DNA of 64,000 bases from Eledone cirrhosa (lineage: Eukaryota). The stretch spans positions 303,056,001 through 303,120,000 of the forward strand of contig OZ024742.1 in assembly GCA_964016885.1 (NCBI GenBank), given 5' to 3'. Below the pieces are notes generated by a model. It had not been told where the DNA came from and searched no databases. It saw only the letters and a list, made by a program, of their open reading frames with translations. Positions 41,094 through 54,985 of the stretch are shown one piece after another. Position 1 is the stretch's first letter. Each line of letters opens with the position of its first letter. A program made the translations under genes and the position numbers.

Positions 41094-44000
41094 AATCTAG
41101 CTGTCGTCTGTTCTACAGTGTGGATGTAATTCACTTCGCGCAGAAGTTTTGTTCAAATTTATTGAGGAAATTTTGTGAGTTCAAACTTAATTTTGATACA
41201 ATTGTGTAGCTTGACCCCCCGTCTGAACTGTCAGGCGGTGGGTCAGCTCATCTTTACCCCTCCTAGAGGTGAAAAACCTGTTTTAAAAATTTTGTGGCAA
41301 AAAAATTTCAATCGTCTAACAGAAATGTTAAACGCAGCGAACGAAAATAGTGGTGGGGGGACAGCGGTAAGAGTTGTAAGCTCGCACGCTTTAGTCCTCC
41401 CTTCCTTCCCAACTAACGTCATAGAGAAGGAAGGAAAAATTAAAATAAAAACAGACGAATCTGCGGAGAAAAAAAATGACGAAAACACAAATCTGGACAT
41501 GGATTCCAACAACGAAAAAAAAAAAATTTGAAAAATTGCATGACAATACTAATAACACAAACAAAGACACAACAAACACAAAAATAACATTTGAAAATAA
41601 CACCATATCAGAAAGCAAAGCAGACGACAAGATTTCATTTGCACAGAAAACAAAGAAATCTTTGACTTATATAGCGGAAAACATTTCAGATATGGTACGA
41701 AGGATCACGGACGCCAAACAATACATAAGTGAAGGAGAGAATGGTATTTTATCGGTAAAAATGCCTCAAGAATTCACGAAAGACATTGAAAGCCGAACGG
41801 TCAAGTTTCGGACCATCAACAACAGTACAAAAAAACCTGAACAGCCTTCTCAAGCAGATATCAAAACAGTACTCACAGAAGTACTTAATGAAACCACTTT
41901 CATAAGAAAAGACAGACTGTATGGAAGCCTAGCAATTATCATGAAGAACGAATCGGCGGCAAAAAAATGTGCTTTGTCACCGATTCGTTCGAAAAATTTC
42001 ACCTTTTATCCATCTTATATGGGGAAAAGAACTCAACGCATATGGCTGGATGCAATGATGCCAGATGTGGACTACTGCTGGCTCATAGCTGGCTTCATCG
42101 ATCCAGTGAATGACAACGTGATTTCCATTGGGAAAACCACAGGCAATGCGTTCAGTGGAACAGGTATAGAGCTGGTAGTGCAAATGAAGCCTGAACGCAT
42201 CGCCCAAATACCCGACAGAATCCTATTAGAGGACCACGGGTATATAAACATTAGCGTGGAGGGGAGAAGGCCGTCCTGCCATATCTGTGCAGGCAGAGGG
42301 CACCTGAAGGCCGCTTGTCCCCAACTCAACAAAAAGAAAACCCTGCTACCAACACCAGCTCCACCACCACCACCACAACAGATAAACAAACAACAAAACT
42401 CAGTCCCACCCAACCCGTCCCTCAGTAAAACCACAACACCACCACAACACAAACAGTCACAACACATTACCCCAAAACAAAATACAGGCCCACCCAACCT
42501 CTCACTCAATAAAACAACACAACCACCGCAGACACAACACACAACACAGTCTAACATAGTGACATCCATCTCCCCCACAAAGAAAACCAACACGGAAACA
42601 TTACCAGCAAACATACCTCTTCCCTCCAACACTGAAGATAACCCAACGAATTCGGAGGAAGAAACGGAGTCCTTCAGACAGATTAAAAGGAAAAAAAGAA
42701 AACATGTGCAAAACACACAAGGACAAACAACCCCCACCCAAATCTCAACACAATCCAACAAAACAGAAAACACCCCTCCAGCAACAAACAAACCAAACCT
42801 GCCCCTCCCCTCTTCGAAACACTCACACCATCGGAAAAAAAGACATTACACTATACTTACATCAACAGAAACAATAATAAATTAAATGAACTCATATACA
42901 ATAATCCTTCGGTACAAACCGAAGGTGTAAACTTTGTTTCGTCAGAAAACTACCCACATTTAAAATTAATAAAGATCCCAATGAACCTCTACCAAAAACT
43001 AAAAAATGATTTTAAGGAGGACGTAGGACCACCCTCTGTCAAACCCATAAACCGCGTCCTACTAAAAAGCTTTCCCCCTCCCCTTCCCCTCCCCAACACA
43101 ACTCCAAACACCCCAACCCCACCACACACTGACGACTCCACACCACCACAAGACACTCCTTCACCCAACACCCCCGACCCCATGGAAGTCGTGCAACCCG
43201 AACCCCGGGAAGCGGAAAGGTAGGTCTCTACACTCTCCTTTGGCTCTGCCGCCCACATGGATGTGTTAAGAGTAGGATGTTTGAATGCACGTGGCCTGGG
43301 CTCAACTTGGAAGCAAGCAAAGCTTCTAAATGACCTCAGGTCATGTAGTATAAATGTAATGGTTATCTGTGAGACTCGAATCAGCGTCGTGCGGCAGCTG
43401 GCCCCCACCTTCGATGACTTTGAGGTGCATGCATCTCTCTGTCAACCTGGAGGTGGGGGTGGGGTTGTCGTACTGCTGCAAAAACACCTGGGTCTTGCCG
43501 TACAGGTTGTGCACTCGGACCCGGAGGGTCGTTTGTTGGTGCTAGACGTTGGCAGTAGTGAAAGTGCGGCCTTGAGACTGGTCGCCGTCTACTCCCCTTT
43601 CGGAGCTGAACGGCCCGACTTCTTCCAGCGTTTGGAGACTTTTCTGGGAACGTCGCGTTCCCTGCTTCTAGCGGGGGATTGGAATGACATCCTGGATGCA
43701 CGTTGGGACTATGCAGGAGCATGTCCTAATAGAGGGGGGTGTAACAGCCTCAAGGGGTTACTCGACCGTTTTAACTTGGTCGATAGATATCGACTAGATT
43801 TTCCAACTGTGCCTACCTGGACTTGGAGAAACCACAGTGGTCAATCTAGATCGTACTTAGATAGATTCTTAGTTAGAAGTAAGGATAGGGACATATTAAG
43901 CTCTCCAGAAATGCGCACTGTTGGCTACACGGATCACAAATTAGTGACCTGCGTGGTCAATCTCGAGAAAACACATAGACAGGGTCCCGGTTACTGGAAA

Positions 44001-46910
44001 CTTAATTTGTCTTTACCGACAAAAGAGACTTACAGAAACCGGATTAGCAGATTAGTTAAGGAGAGGTTGACGGGTGCAATCGTCAACAACGGATGGTGGG
44101 CATCTCTCAAAAGAGAGATTAGAACAGAATCAATAAGTTATAGCAAGATGTTAGCTGCCGATAGGAATAGAAACGAGAAAGAATTAACAGGTAAATTAGA
44201 AGAGGCAATCAAGAGCGAAGATGTGGCCAGAGTGCTGGCATCGAGGACGGCCTTGAACCAGTTTTTCGATGCAAAGCACGAAGGCTGCGTCATTCGAAGT
44301 AAAATACGTGCTCTAGGTAATGAGGGGGCCAAAGCCGTTGGATGGGCCCGCGTGACAGAAGCTAAGAGTGGAAATCGATCCACCATCCGGTCGTTGCAAG
44401 ACGAAGATGGACGGGTGATCCGGGAGCCTAAGCAGATGTGCGAGGCTTTTCAAAGGCACTTTGCCCGATTGTTCGGGGGAGGCGAGGGTCCGGGCGGGGG
44501 CGTGGATTTCGGTCCATACCTCGACGGCCTGCCGCGTCTCTCGAACGAAGAGGCAGAGTCCTGCGAGGGACCAATCTCGGCTGATGAGATCGGAGATGCG
44601 CTGAGCCAATGCAGCAGACGCAAATCTCCAGGTCTCGATGGTATACCTTACGAACTTTATTTAGCAATGCCGGTCTTCTTCTCCGAACTCCTCGAAGCGG
44701 TCTACTGCAATTGGCAGCAGAACGGGAGAATTCCTTGTTCTGTAGCCAAGGGCGTAGTCACGCTGGTGAGGAAGGACGAGAACAAGGGGGATAGTATAAA
44801 TAATTTTCGGCCCATAACCCTGCTAAACACAGAGTTAAAGATTTTGGCCAAGGTGTTAGCAAAGAGGTTGGCGCTTGTCGTGAGTGGCCTGGTGGGAGAT
44901 GCGCAGACATGTGCTATCCCATCCAGGTCCATTCACGATAACCTCCACCTCATGCGATACATCATAGAGAGGGTTGGCAACAAACCCGGCTTCGGTGGGG
45001 CCCTGATCAACTTGGTTCAGTCTAAGGCCTTCGATAGGGTCGACCATGGTTACCTGGATGCGGTGCTAGCGGCGGCTGGGTTCGGTCCTGTTTTCAGAGT
45101 CTGGATCACTGCCCTACATAGCAACCACATCTGTTCTAGGATCAAGGTGAACGGCTACCTTTCGAAGCCGTTCGAAATCACACGATCCATTCGACAGGGG
45201 TGCCCTCTCTCCTCCCTTCTGTACATATTGACTCTCGAGCCTTTACTGAGGAAGTTGGAGTTGATGCAGGGTATCCCCCTGGAACCAGGATTGAGCAAAG
45301 CGGTGTCGGCCTACGCCGATGACGTAACAGTAATGGTATCGACCGACTCGGAGATCGAGGCGATCGGTACCTTACTGGAGGAGTACGAAAGGTTGTCAGG
45401 AGCGAAACTGAACCGGGAAAAATCCATCGGGCTGCAACTCGGAACGTGGAGAGGCAGACCGATGCCTCCTGACGGTGTCGTCGGACACTGGACGGAGGGC
45501 CCGGTAAAGTTGCTTGGGGTCTGGTTTGGACCGGACCTCCAGGTGGAAAAGAACTGGAACGAGGTTACGAACAAGGTGTTTGCACTAACCCAGAAATGGG
45601 CCAAGTGTAAGCTGTCCCTAAAAGGCCGGGCGGAGGTGGCGAACATTTACATAGCGTCTGTCACTTACTACCGCCTGACTGTCGTGCCTTGCCCTAAGGA
45701 AACACTCACCACCATGGAACGCATGCTCTTCCAATTTCTTTGGAAGAAGCGCCCTCCTATGGTGAGAAGATCCATCTGCTGCCAACAACCTTAGAAAGGA
45801 GGGCTGGGGATGCCGTGGTTGATGATGCGTAGGCACGCGTTAATGGCTACGGTACCTACAGGTATTCCTCACTGGTCAACCGGTGTGGGCTCCGTTCGTG
45901 AAACGAGCCTTTCCGAGACTCGTCTCGCTCACCGAGCTACAGTCCTGGGTCAAGCAAAGATCCGGAAAACTGGGAGACTGGCACACTGAGTGTGCTCAGG
46001 CGCTCAGGGCTCTCTGGCAAGCGGGCCAGGCCATCGGTGGAGAATCCACCTCATCATTCTATAGAGGGCTGGTGGCTAGCAGGGGCGATGACACCCTTGG
46101 AGAGTCGCTGGACATGGAAGAAGATGAACTGGCCAGCCTGTTCGGTAGGACTTTCGGCCCAGGACCAATGGACAACTTCCAGAAGTCACTGGCCAGGCAG
46201 TGCTACCGGGGGGCTCTACCCGTTCGAGAGAGGCTCTACAGACACGGGCGCCCGGGCAGGGATCCCTCAAAAAAGATTTGCCCTAGATGCGTGCGTCACG
46301 AAGAAACCGTTGCGCACGCATTGGTGCAATGTCCGGGCGTGGCTGATCTGTGGGGCTACGCCGAACCACTGCTGTCGCGGGTGGCGCCGATTAAATTGAC
46401 CGCCGAGTCCGTGATGACAATCAAACCGCCTCCCCTCTTCACAAAGGAAGCAAAGGCGGTTTTTCTGTGCGTAATAGCCATGTTGAAAGAGGTTGTTTGG
46501 TGGACACGATTGAAAGGTCTGAGGTCAGGCAACTTCCTCTCTGGCCATAATCTGGTCTACTTCTTCCGATATCACTTCGGAAGAAGGATAAGAATGGAGA
46601 GAGAGGTGCTTGGCCACTGGCAGTTTTATGAAAGGTGGGTGATAGTGGCGAGAATGGCTCGTGTAAATGGGCCTTCTCTGTATACCATCCTGTAGGTAAA
46701 GAAGTAAAGGAGAGGGGAGCACCTTCTCCATGTGCTCCCCGGGCAAAGGATTGCACACTTTTTCGGGGGTGTGTGCAACCCCCATCACGTCCCCTCCCTT
46801 TTGAGGCTATTTTCGATTATTTTCATGTTACACCCTTTTTACTCGATTATATGTAAACTCCCCCTTTGTATTTATCCCTTCTTTTTATGCCTTTCTGGTA
46901 AATAAAAAAA
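41094..46910 (+). mobile_element. Tx1-like LINE copy 6 (subfamily D, full length, near-identical to copy 5)
   Basis: ORF1 41325-43223 with frameshifts at ~41520 and ~42790. ORF2 43257-46695 with a TCG>TAG stop at 45792 and a frameshift at ~45844. Same 5' start (aatctagctgtcgtctgttc) as copy 5. Confidence 0.95.
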
Positions 46911-47039
46911 TCTATCTATCTATCTATCAAATCTATCCATCTATCTATCTATTTATAGCAATCTATGTATGCATATTATTATTTGGTTCCCTGTCGGTTC
47001 CGACGACGGCTGTTGAAGTTTTTTTTCCTGTGGGCTGAA

Positions 47040-47125
47040 ACAATATGAAATATAGTGACGTCCTCAAGGACACAATGTGCCACTCGAAATGGAACTCACG
47101 ACAATCCTGAGTACTAAGCCACTAT
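47040..47125 (-). mobile_element. Degenerate tRNA-derived SINE head
   Basis: ctcaaggacacaatg...ggaactcacgac...ctaagccac reads as the reverse complement of A-box (gtggcttag) and B-box (gtgagttcc) motifs. Confidence 0.4.
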
Positions 47126-47340
47126 CTATGTACCTAGACACATACACACACACACATATATATATATAAATATATATATATACATATATATATATATATT
47201 TCTATATACATATATATTTATCCTTTATGTATATCAGTATCTATTCTATCTCATTCTGTCTCCCTCAATCTCTCACTCCCTCTTTCTCTCTTCCCCCCTC
47301 TCTCTCTCTCTCCTTATATATATATATATATATATATATA

Positions 47341-48669
47341 GAATAAGGAAAAGCGAAGTAGTTTCAGATGTTCAAGATGTTCAGATGTGCTTGAATTGAA
47401 TTGCATCAATGTTTACCCTAAGAATTTAGCTCCAATTAGTTGAGCGCTCTATGATGTACCCGATATGGTGGAGAAGAGAGGAACCAACCATGAGCTACCC
47501 CTGGAAATTCCCTCTACCATGGGGATGGAAACCCCTGACACTGGACGGACATAAATGCAACTTTCGGCAGGATAAATACGCTGAAACAATAACTAAGATA
47601 AACCCCTATTTTTCTGCAATAAATCGCATTTGAACAGAAGCCCCCTCAATTCAATCTATACATTGACAAATTGACAATTATATGGATCATTTTGCATATA
47701 TGTACTCTGTGTTTTTGCATTTATTCATTATTGGTTCTTTTCTTTTGTGTACTTTATGTCTGTTTATCTTTGGTTTTATTCCATGTGATGGAAATTATGA
47801 CTGTGTACCAGATTGACTACTGCCTTGAATACTGTAGTTTACCCTCCGTTCTAATGTATCGTTCAATATGTGGATAGTGTAACTGTGACATTAGAACCCC
47901 TCTCAGAACTTCTTACTTAAACATCTCTCTCCATATTATTTACTCACTTCAGTCTATATATTTTTTTTACTCACCTCAATCCGGATTCTCACTTGAAACA
48001 TTTTAAATTTCTAATTGTAAATATTTTAATTGTTTAATTTATAATTTCTTATATTTGATTTAGGATTTTAATTTTTATTTCCAACTCTCACTCATAACTT
48101 CCAATGTAAAACCATGATACCTAGAATTAAGTTTATTTTCTCTTAGGGTCAGTCGTACTGTCCACGCTTGGTGAGAGGTAGTATGTGACTTGTAAAAACT
48201 AACACTCTCCCATCCCCTCTGGCTTTCGGCTGACTGCCACAATCGGGATGGGTAGCAGTAAACTATGGTACAGGCCTAAGTGGGTCATTGTTTAGCTGAG
48301 AGGGTGAAGTGACTAAGCGAATATCGTTGAAATCTGCGGTAGCTAATGGTCAACTTCCTTCGGACATGCGCAGGGAAACGGATGAAGAACCCAAAAGCAC
48401 ACACTTCGTCCGCTCCCATGTCGATTCAATTTGGATTGCCTCGGAAACATAACCTTATTATGTAACAAGCTGTCTGATGATGTCACGACACTCGCACACA
48501 GAACAGTGTGGCCAGTGTCGTCATTGAAATATATATCACAGCATTATTATTAAAGGACTTGAACATCTGAAACTACTTCGCTTTTCCTTATTCGATATAT
48601 ACTCCGTCACTCCTCTGTGGAAAAAGTACGTTGAGTGCTTGAATTGAATTGCATCAATGTTTACCCTAA

Positions 48670-48711
<42 letters not shown>

Positions 48712-48816
48712 TTTGAGGGAGACAGAATGAGATAGATAGATATATATATATTTCTATATACATATATATTTATCCTTATGTATATCAGTATCTATTCTAT
48801 CTCATTCTGTCTTCCT

Positions 48817-48906
<90 letters not shown>

Positions 48907-48955
48907 TTAGGGTAAACATTGATGCAATTCAATTCAAGCACTCAACGTACTTTCT
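47341..48955 (+). mobile_element. Penelope-like remnant with inverted terminal segments, flanked by (TA)n
   Basis: 47341-47375 is an inverted copy of ~48558-48593. The block gtgcttgaattgaattgcatcaatgtttaccctaag occurs at ~47387 and ~48635, and inverted at ~48906. A hammerhead motif lies at 48469-48542. No clear ORF. Confidence 0.55.
48469..48542 (+). ncRNA. Type I hammerhead ribozyme motif
   Basis: Stem I gctgt/acagc; core CTGATGA (48474-48480); long stem II (acgacact/agtgtcgt, cacac/gtgtg); GAAA (48526-48529); palindromic stem III ATATATAT; predicted AUC cleavage after 48537. Confidence 0.7.
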
Positions 48956-48995
48956 CTCCCTCCCTCCCTCTCCTTCTCTCTTTCCGTCTCTCTCA

Positions 48996-49163
<168 letters not shown>

Positions 49164-50209
49164 TGAGAGAGAGGGAAAGAGAGAGGGAGAGGGAGAGAGG
49201 GAGAGAAAGAGAGCGAGAAAGAGAAAGCGCGCGAGAGAGAATGAGAGATACATACAAACGTACATACATAAATGCATATATGCGAAAAGTACAAATGTTG
49301 TTGACATGCTAACGACTAATTGCAAAATTAAAGACAATAAATAAATAAATGAATAAATATATATATATGTAAATACGAAAAAAAAAAACTAATTATTTTA
49401 AGAAATAAAAGAATGCAATTAAAGATATTACATTATATGATTGCTGATTTCTCAGCAGACTGGAATTCTAGAGAAAGTTTTGGAGGTTATTGTATTATAA
49501 TATGTCAGGAAGTTACCAAACATGTGAAGTTAGGTAGACAGATAGGAGAATGAAAAGAGAGAAGACAAGAAAATTTGAAGTTTATGTACAGAAAAATGAA
49601 TACAGTGACAGGAAGAGTAACTTTTTGCAAATTTCTTTCAAGATATTGAGTTTTATTTATTTGTTCTTTATAATATTTATTATTTTTTTTTTAGTTTCAT
49701 TTCATTTTATATTCTTCTCTTTTTATTTCATTCTTTTCCAATATATTGTCGGCAACGTAAAGCGTAATATATGAATAATGAATAAATATTAACAAAAAAT
49801 AGAACAGAAAAGAACACCCAACTAAAATTTTTTTAAATGTTCATTGTCTTGTAGAGAAAGAAAAAAAATGATGTCTTATTAATTTATTAAATTATTCTGA
49901 GACTGATAAAATAAAATACAGAATGAATGTAAATTATTATAATTTGATCGATTTTTTCTTCAACTTTAGCTTTCTACTTGTATTGTTTGATGGAGATATT
50001 AGTAGCATTTATATATTATGTCAGTGGTATGGAAAAGGAGTGTGATCATAATAAGTCGATAAAATTGAAGGATTTTTGAGTCCAGGATTCATAGCATCAA
50101 TCTAGTAGATATATACTACATTCAGGGTGGTAATATATGTTGAAGAACGAAACACTAAAATTCCACAATCTTCATCTCTTGCGTTATATTAATATTTTAC
50201 TCTATAGAC

Positions 50210-50495
50210 CAGGCATGGGCAACTTTTTTCAAGGAGCGGGCCGCATAAGATATGGCTTTTCATCAGGCGGGCCGCAAGCCCTAATTTACATTCGTGCCCA
50301 CATTAAAAAAAGGGCCGTAACTCGGGTTGTTTTGATTTGTTTCTTCAGAATTCGTACACGTTGTTTTCCTCGATCGTAAAAATGATAGAAAGATAAATTA
50401 TGACAGGAAAGTTGGAGTAAAAAAAATCAGAAAATTTCAGGTGACTTAGCCGAACCATTCAGAAAGCCTCGCGGGCCGTAGGTTGCCCATGACTG
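50210..50495. mobile_element. hAT (Charlie/Buster-like) MITE, 286 bp
   Basis: TIRs caggcatgggcaac / gttgcccatgactg, an exact 8-bp TSD ctatagac (50202-50209 and 50496-50503), and subterminal gcgggccg motifs. Confidence 0.9.
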
Positions 50496-51899
50496 CTATA
50501 GACAAATATTATAGAACACCAATCTTCTCATCTCCTACCTTTTACATATTCAGTGACTTGTCCCAACGACATTCTCTCTAATAGATCATAAGGTTGCTAG
50601 AAATATCAGCCAAATGTATTCTATATGAAAAAGTATTTGTAACAGGTATGATCTGATGCTTAAACAACTACAACAACACTAGCAACAATATATGATGTAT
50701 ATTGTTGTTAGTGTTATTTTGCATATACATCGATTCAGAGGCAAAACATATTAACACAAATAACGGGCAGAAACTCTTGCGCTGTGTAAAACATGCGTTT
50801 TCCATACTGTATAGGTTAGAAATATTGCATTAATTGCTTGTTTTATTATATAAAATCATATTATATTCTGAGTTCATATCCCGCTGAAGAATATTTACTT
50901 TTCTTACTTTTATCGTAGACGAAATAAGTATCAGCTCATTCAGCATCAGAAATATTTAGTCGTGGATTTGTGTCGCTGAGTATAATCCAATTAGTATAAA
51001 AACTAAAACAGACAACATAAAATAATATCAATGTATTTCTTCCTGTTTACAATGCAACCATATTAACGTTTCGAGCCTAGTCATTTGTCGAGAAAAAGCA
51101 GAAGAAATAAACGTTAGAGAAAGTGTCGAACGTGCGTCATTCATAAATAATGTTTAGCAATGGCAGAATGGCAATGGGGATTGTGCGGCGACTATGTGGT
51201 TTTTAGCTGAGGAAATTGCACCGGACCGTAATCATCAGTTGATCATGCGCAAAAGGGTTGGACTATAAGGAAGTGACAAATAACTGCCAGTTAACTCCTG
51301 GAGTATATTATGTTTAGGGACGTATGCAAGAGATAGGAAAGTAGGAAAGTATAGAAAAGAACATATTAATAGACAGTCAGCGATGTTGTATTTAGTAGTG
51401 ATTCCTAGATTTCAACGTTAGAGGTCTATCTATTATTCACTGGGGTCAATATAATCGATTTTCCCCTTCCAGCAAATTGCTGGCCTTGTGCCTATGTTAG
51501 GAATAATTATTGATCGGTATCGGAAAGTTTTGTAGCACTGAAGTAATGAGGTACAATTTATCGAATGTAACCTTCATTAAAATAGAGTCTTTGATCCTAT
51601 ATAAGGGAACAACACAATTTTAGAATCGGAATAGGCATTACTGATGAATGAGATGAGGTAAAGGAATATAAAATATTGGTTTTAAAGTATCTAATTTGAA
51701 TCCCATTGGATTTAATCATCCAGATTTTGAGAAAAGATGAAATATGTATGAAATCACCCAACTATAAACTTTCCAGAGAAAAACAAAATAACAACAGTAA
51801 GACGATAATGATTACACAAGCATCAAACGGTGAAGAATTTATATAATCACACTCCATCTTTCTTTCTCTCTCTCTCTCTCCCCCTCTCTCTCTCCCACT

Positions 51900-52235
51900 C
51901 TCTCTCTCTCCCTCACTCATTTATTAACTTCATTGATTGATTCATTCATTCATTCATACATTTACTTAATTCAATCAGTCATTCACTCATCTACACACCC
52001 AATCCCTTTCTCTCATTCATAAACTCACTCACTCATTCACCCTTTCACTCACAAACTCACTCACTCACTAACTCATTCACCTACAAACTCACTAACTCAA
52101 TCACTCACTTACTTACAAACACACGCACTCACTCATTCACTCAAAAACTCACTCACTCATTTACTCACTCGCTTTCTCTCACTCACACACTCATGCACTC
52201 ACACCCTCTCACTCACACAATCACTCACTCACCCA
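51900..52235. repeat. Degenerate (CTCA/TTCA)n tetranucleotide tract
   Basis: Repeated actc/attc units. Confidence 0.8.
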
Positions 52236-52612
52236 TTCACTATCTATCTGTCTATTTGTTTTGATGCAGAATCGTAATGTATCACTATTTACGAAGACAT
52301 AAAATATATAACGAAAAGAAATTACAATTGATATTTGGATTGGCAGATATGTAAGTATGTCGATACAACACTTAACAGCAACTATTAAGAAGACATGGCT
52401 TGTCTTGTTAAATGTAATCTGGAGCCAAGTAGTACTATAAAACCAACCTTCGAGTTTGTCCAATCCTGGAGAGCGTATAGGAGAAAGCTGAGAACGAAAC
52501 AACTAGAAACCATTGACAATTAAAGGATCAAATACATTAATGCACACATGCATATAAATATATATATATATATACACACACACACATATATATATATCTA
52601 TACAGACACACA

Positions 52613-52726
<114 letters not shown>

Positions 52727-52729
52727 AGA

Positions 52730-53959
52730 AATAACAAAATCATACCTATGGTATAATCCCCCACATAAGCGTCTGGTTACTACTAAGCTCTTCAAACTTA
52801 TAGACGAACACTTTCCTCCAACACACAAATTCCATAAAATAGTAGATAGAGACCCGATCCAACTATCCTCTTCCACCACAGCTAACCTGGGCAATTTCAT
52901 TAAGAAATTGAATAACAAATGCCTCCGCAGGTAGGGCGATACCAACAGCCAACGGAAACCCAGACTTAATCTGAACCCTCAGTACCATACGCAACCTCCA
53001 ACACTGAGTTAGACCACCACCCGCAAATACCAACGTCTCTTCCATTTTAGGCGCGTACCCGGAGCAACAACAACATACCCAGAATAACACCTCCAACACT
53101 GGAACCTGGGAGGAAATCACACACTATACACGGACAAACTGCAACTGCAAACATCTGAGCAATTGTCCTCTATCGGGTAAATGCTTATAAAAAAATATCC
53201 TTTATCAATGTGTGGTAAAATCTAAACTGGGGATATATAAATATGTGGATTCCACTTCGAATATTTTCAAGAAAAGATGGTATGTGCACACCTACACTTT
53301 CAAAAACCCCAGTTAGGCTAAATCTACGGCCCTGTCGAAAAATATCTGAGACCTGAAATGCGCTAATATTGAATACACGCTACAATGGTCCGTGCTAAAA
53401 TTCGCCCGTCCATACCGGAATGAAAGAGGCCCATGTGAACTATGTTTGGCGGAGGTAATTGAAATAGCGAATTCCACTGCTATAGGATTTCTGATGAAGT
53501 GTACTAAATAACTAAGCATTACATATGATTGAACAATATATATTGTAGTCAGCACATGCAGACAATTTATAATAGACACAGAAACATGTCAAAACAAATA
53601 AATTCTCACTCTTCACGCTGACGTTTTATTTTTCTTTGTGTAATAATTGTTTATATTAATATACTCGGTGATCTCTTCCGGACCTATATACCATATTCCG
53701 CTGCTTGGATATTATGCTATACGATTCAAAGGATACCGTCGAGTCAGACTTTCTGGTAAGCAGTTTTCTTGTCCAAACATTCATTTCGGATATACATAAA
53801 CAAAATCTTAACTACCTTCGCAGGGTGAAAGCAGCGATTCTTTGCTTAAACTTTAATCTGTTATTTTAATAAATATTTGCTCTACGGTTCTTATATATTT
53901 GATATATATTTATCCCTATCGAGCCTTCTTTGGATTTTAGTCTTCAAATTTATTATTAT

Positions 53960-53960
<1 letters not shown>
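52730..53960 (+). mobile_element. 5'-truncated Penelope-like element with decayed GIY-YIG endonuclease (possibly Naiad-type)
   Basis: Translates as WYNPPH...LFKLIDEHFPPTHKFHKIVDRD, then CNCKHLSNCPLSGKCL*KNILYQ...YVDSTSNIFKKRWYVH...STALSKNI*DLK...QWSVL...CELCLAE. Lies between (CA)n/(TA)n and (TA)n tracts. The clade assignment is from memory of family motifs. Confidence 0.75.
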
Positions 53961-54033
<73 letters not shown>

Positions 54034-54110
54034 AACAGAAATAACAACACAATCAGTACAGTATATGGAAGGTATATATTAGGTTAACGCTTGATATAGC
54101 AGGAAGAGTG

Positions 54111-54146
54111 TCTTAACGTTTCGGACGCTAGTCCTTCATCAGAAGA
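54111..54146 (-). ncRNA. Minimal type I hammerhead ribozyme motif (inverted pLTR copy)
   Basis: Exact reverse complement of 54721-54756. Confidence 0.72.
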
Positions 54147-54720
54147 AAGAATGAGAAATAAAATAGATTGAGATCATGGATCACAGGCCTCGCGCACCAG
54201 GACTGAACAAAGTCTGATTCACCGTCTTGGGTCCAATTCCCCTCTTGGACTCAACTCACCTCCCCAAATTCTTTAATACCCCGTCCATTATCACACCCCT
54301 AGATTCCGATCGCTTTCTCTTGATCATTAGCAGCTTCTCTTACTACTAATACATGCCGATACACACCCTTATATTAACATACTTTTGCTCATAGCTTCGT
54401 ACTTACATGCATACACACTCTTTTACTCACATATACACACACATTTCTTCTTAGCTTCGTACGGACCTATAATAAGACCCCCCACACACACATAATTCAT
54501 GCTTACGTACGTGCTCAAGTATAGTTCTTTTTACAAAACGTTTTTTTTCCATTTCAGGCAGACGCGCTCCGTCATCCACTTTTCTAAAAAAACAAATCAC
54601 ACACAAAACGCCAGCACCAACAAGAGATGTCAACATGAATGGACCTGTTATGTCTATCTAAAGACATTTTTTCCAATTCCAAACCGCCCATCTCCTCAAT
54701 CTATTTTATTTCTTATTCTT

Positions 54721-54756
54721 TCTTCTGATGAAGGACTAGCGTCCGAAACGTTAAGA
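54721..54756 (+). ncRNA. Minimal type I hammerhead ribozyme motif (PLE pLTR type)
   Basis: tctt-CTGATGA-a-ggac-tagc-gtcc-GAAA-cgt-t-aaga, with stem I tctt/aaga, stem II ggac/gtcc and palindromic stem III ACGT. Confidence 0.75.
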
Positions 54757-54881
54757 CCCTCTTCCTGTTATATCAAGCGTTAACCTAATATATAACTTCC
54801 ATATACTGTACCGATTGTGTTGTTATTTCTGTTTACCTTTTACATACATGTATATAACATAACTATTAAGCTCTGTAACCT

Positions 54882-54985
<104 letters not shown>

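Larger units (their letters stand above)
54028..54845 (+). mobile_element. 5'-truncated Penelope-like element with inverted pLTR
   Basis: 54028-54172 is the reverse complement of 54695-54840. The GIY-YIG C-terminal motif RTRTEQSLIHRLGSNSPLGLN lies at 54193-54255. There is a hammerhead in each arm and (TA)n on both sides. Confidence 0.85.
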
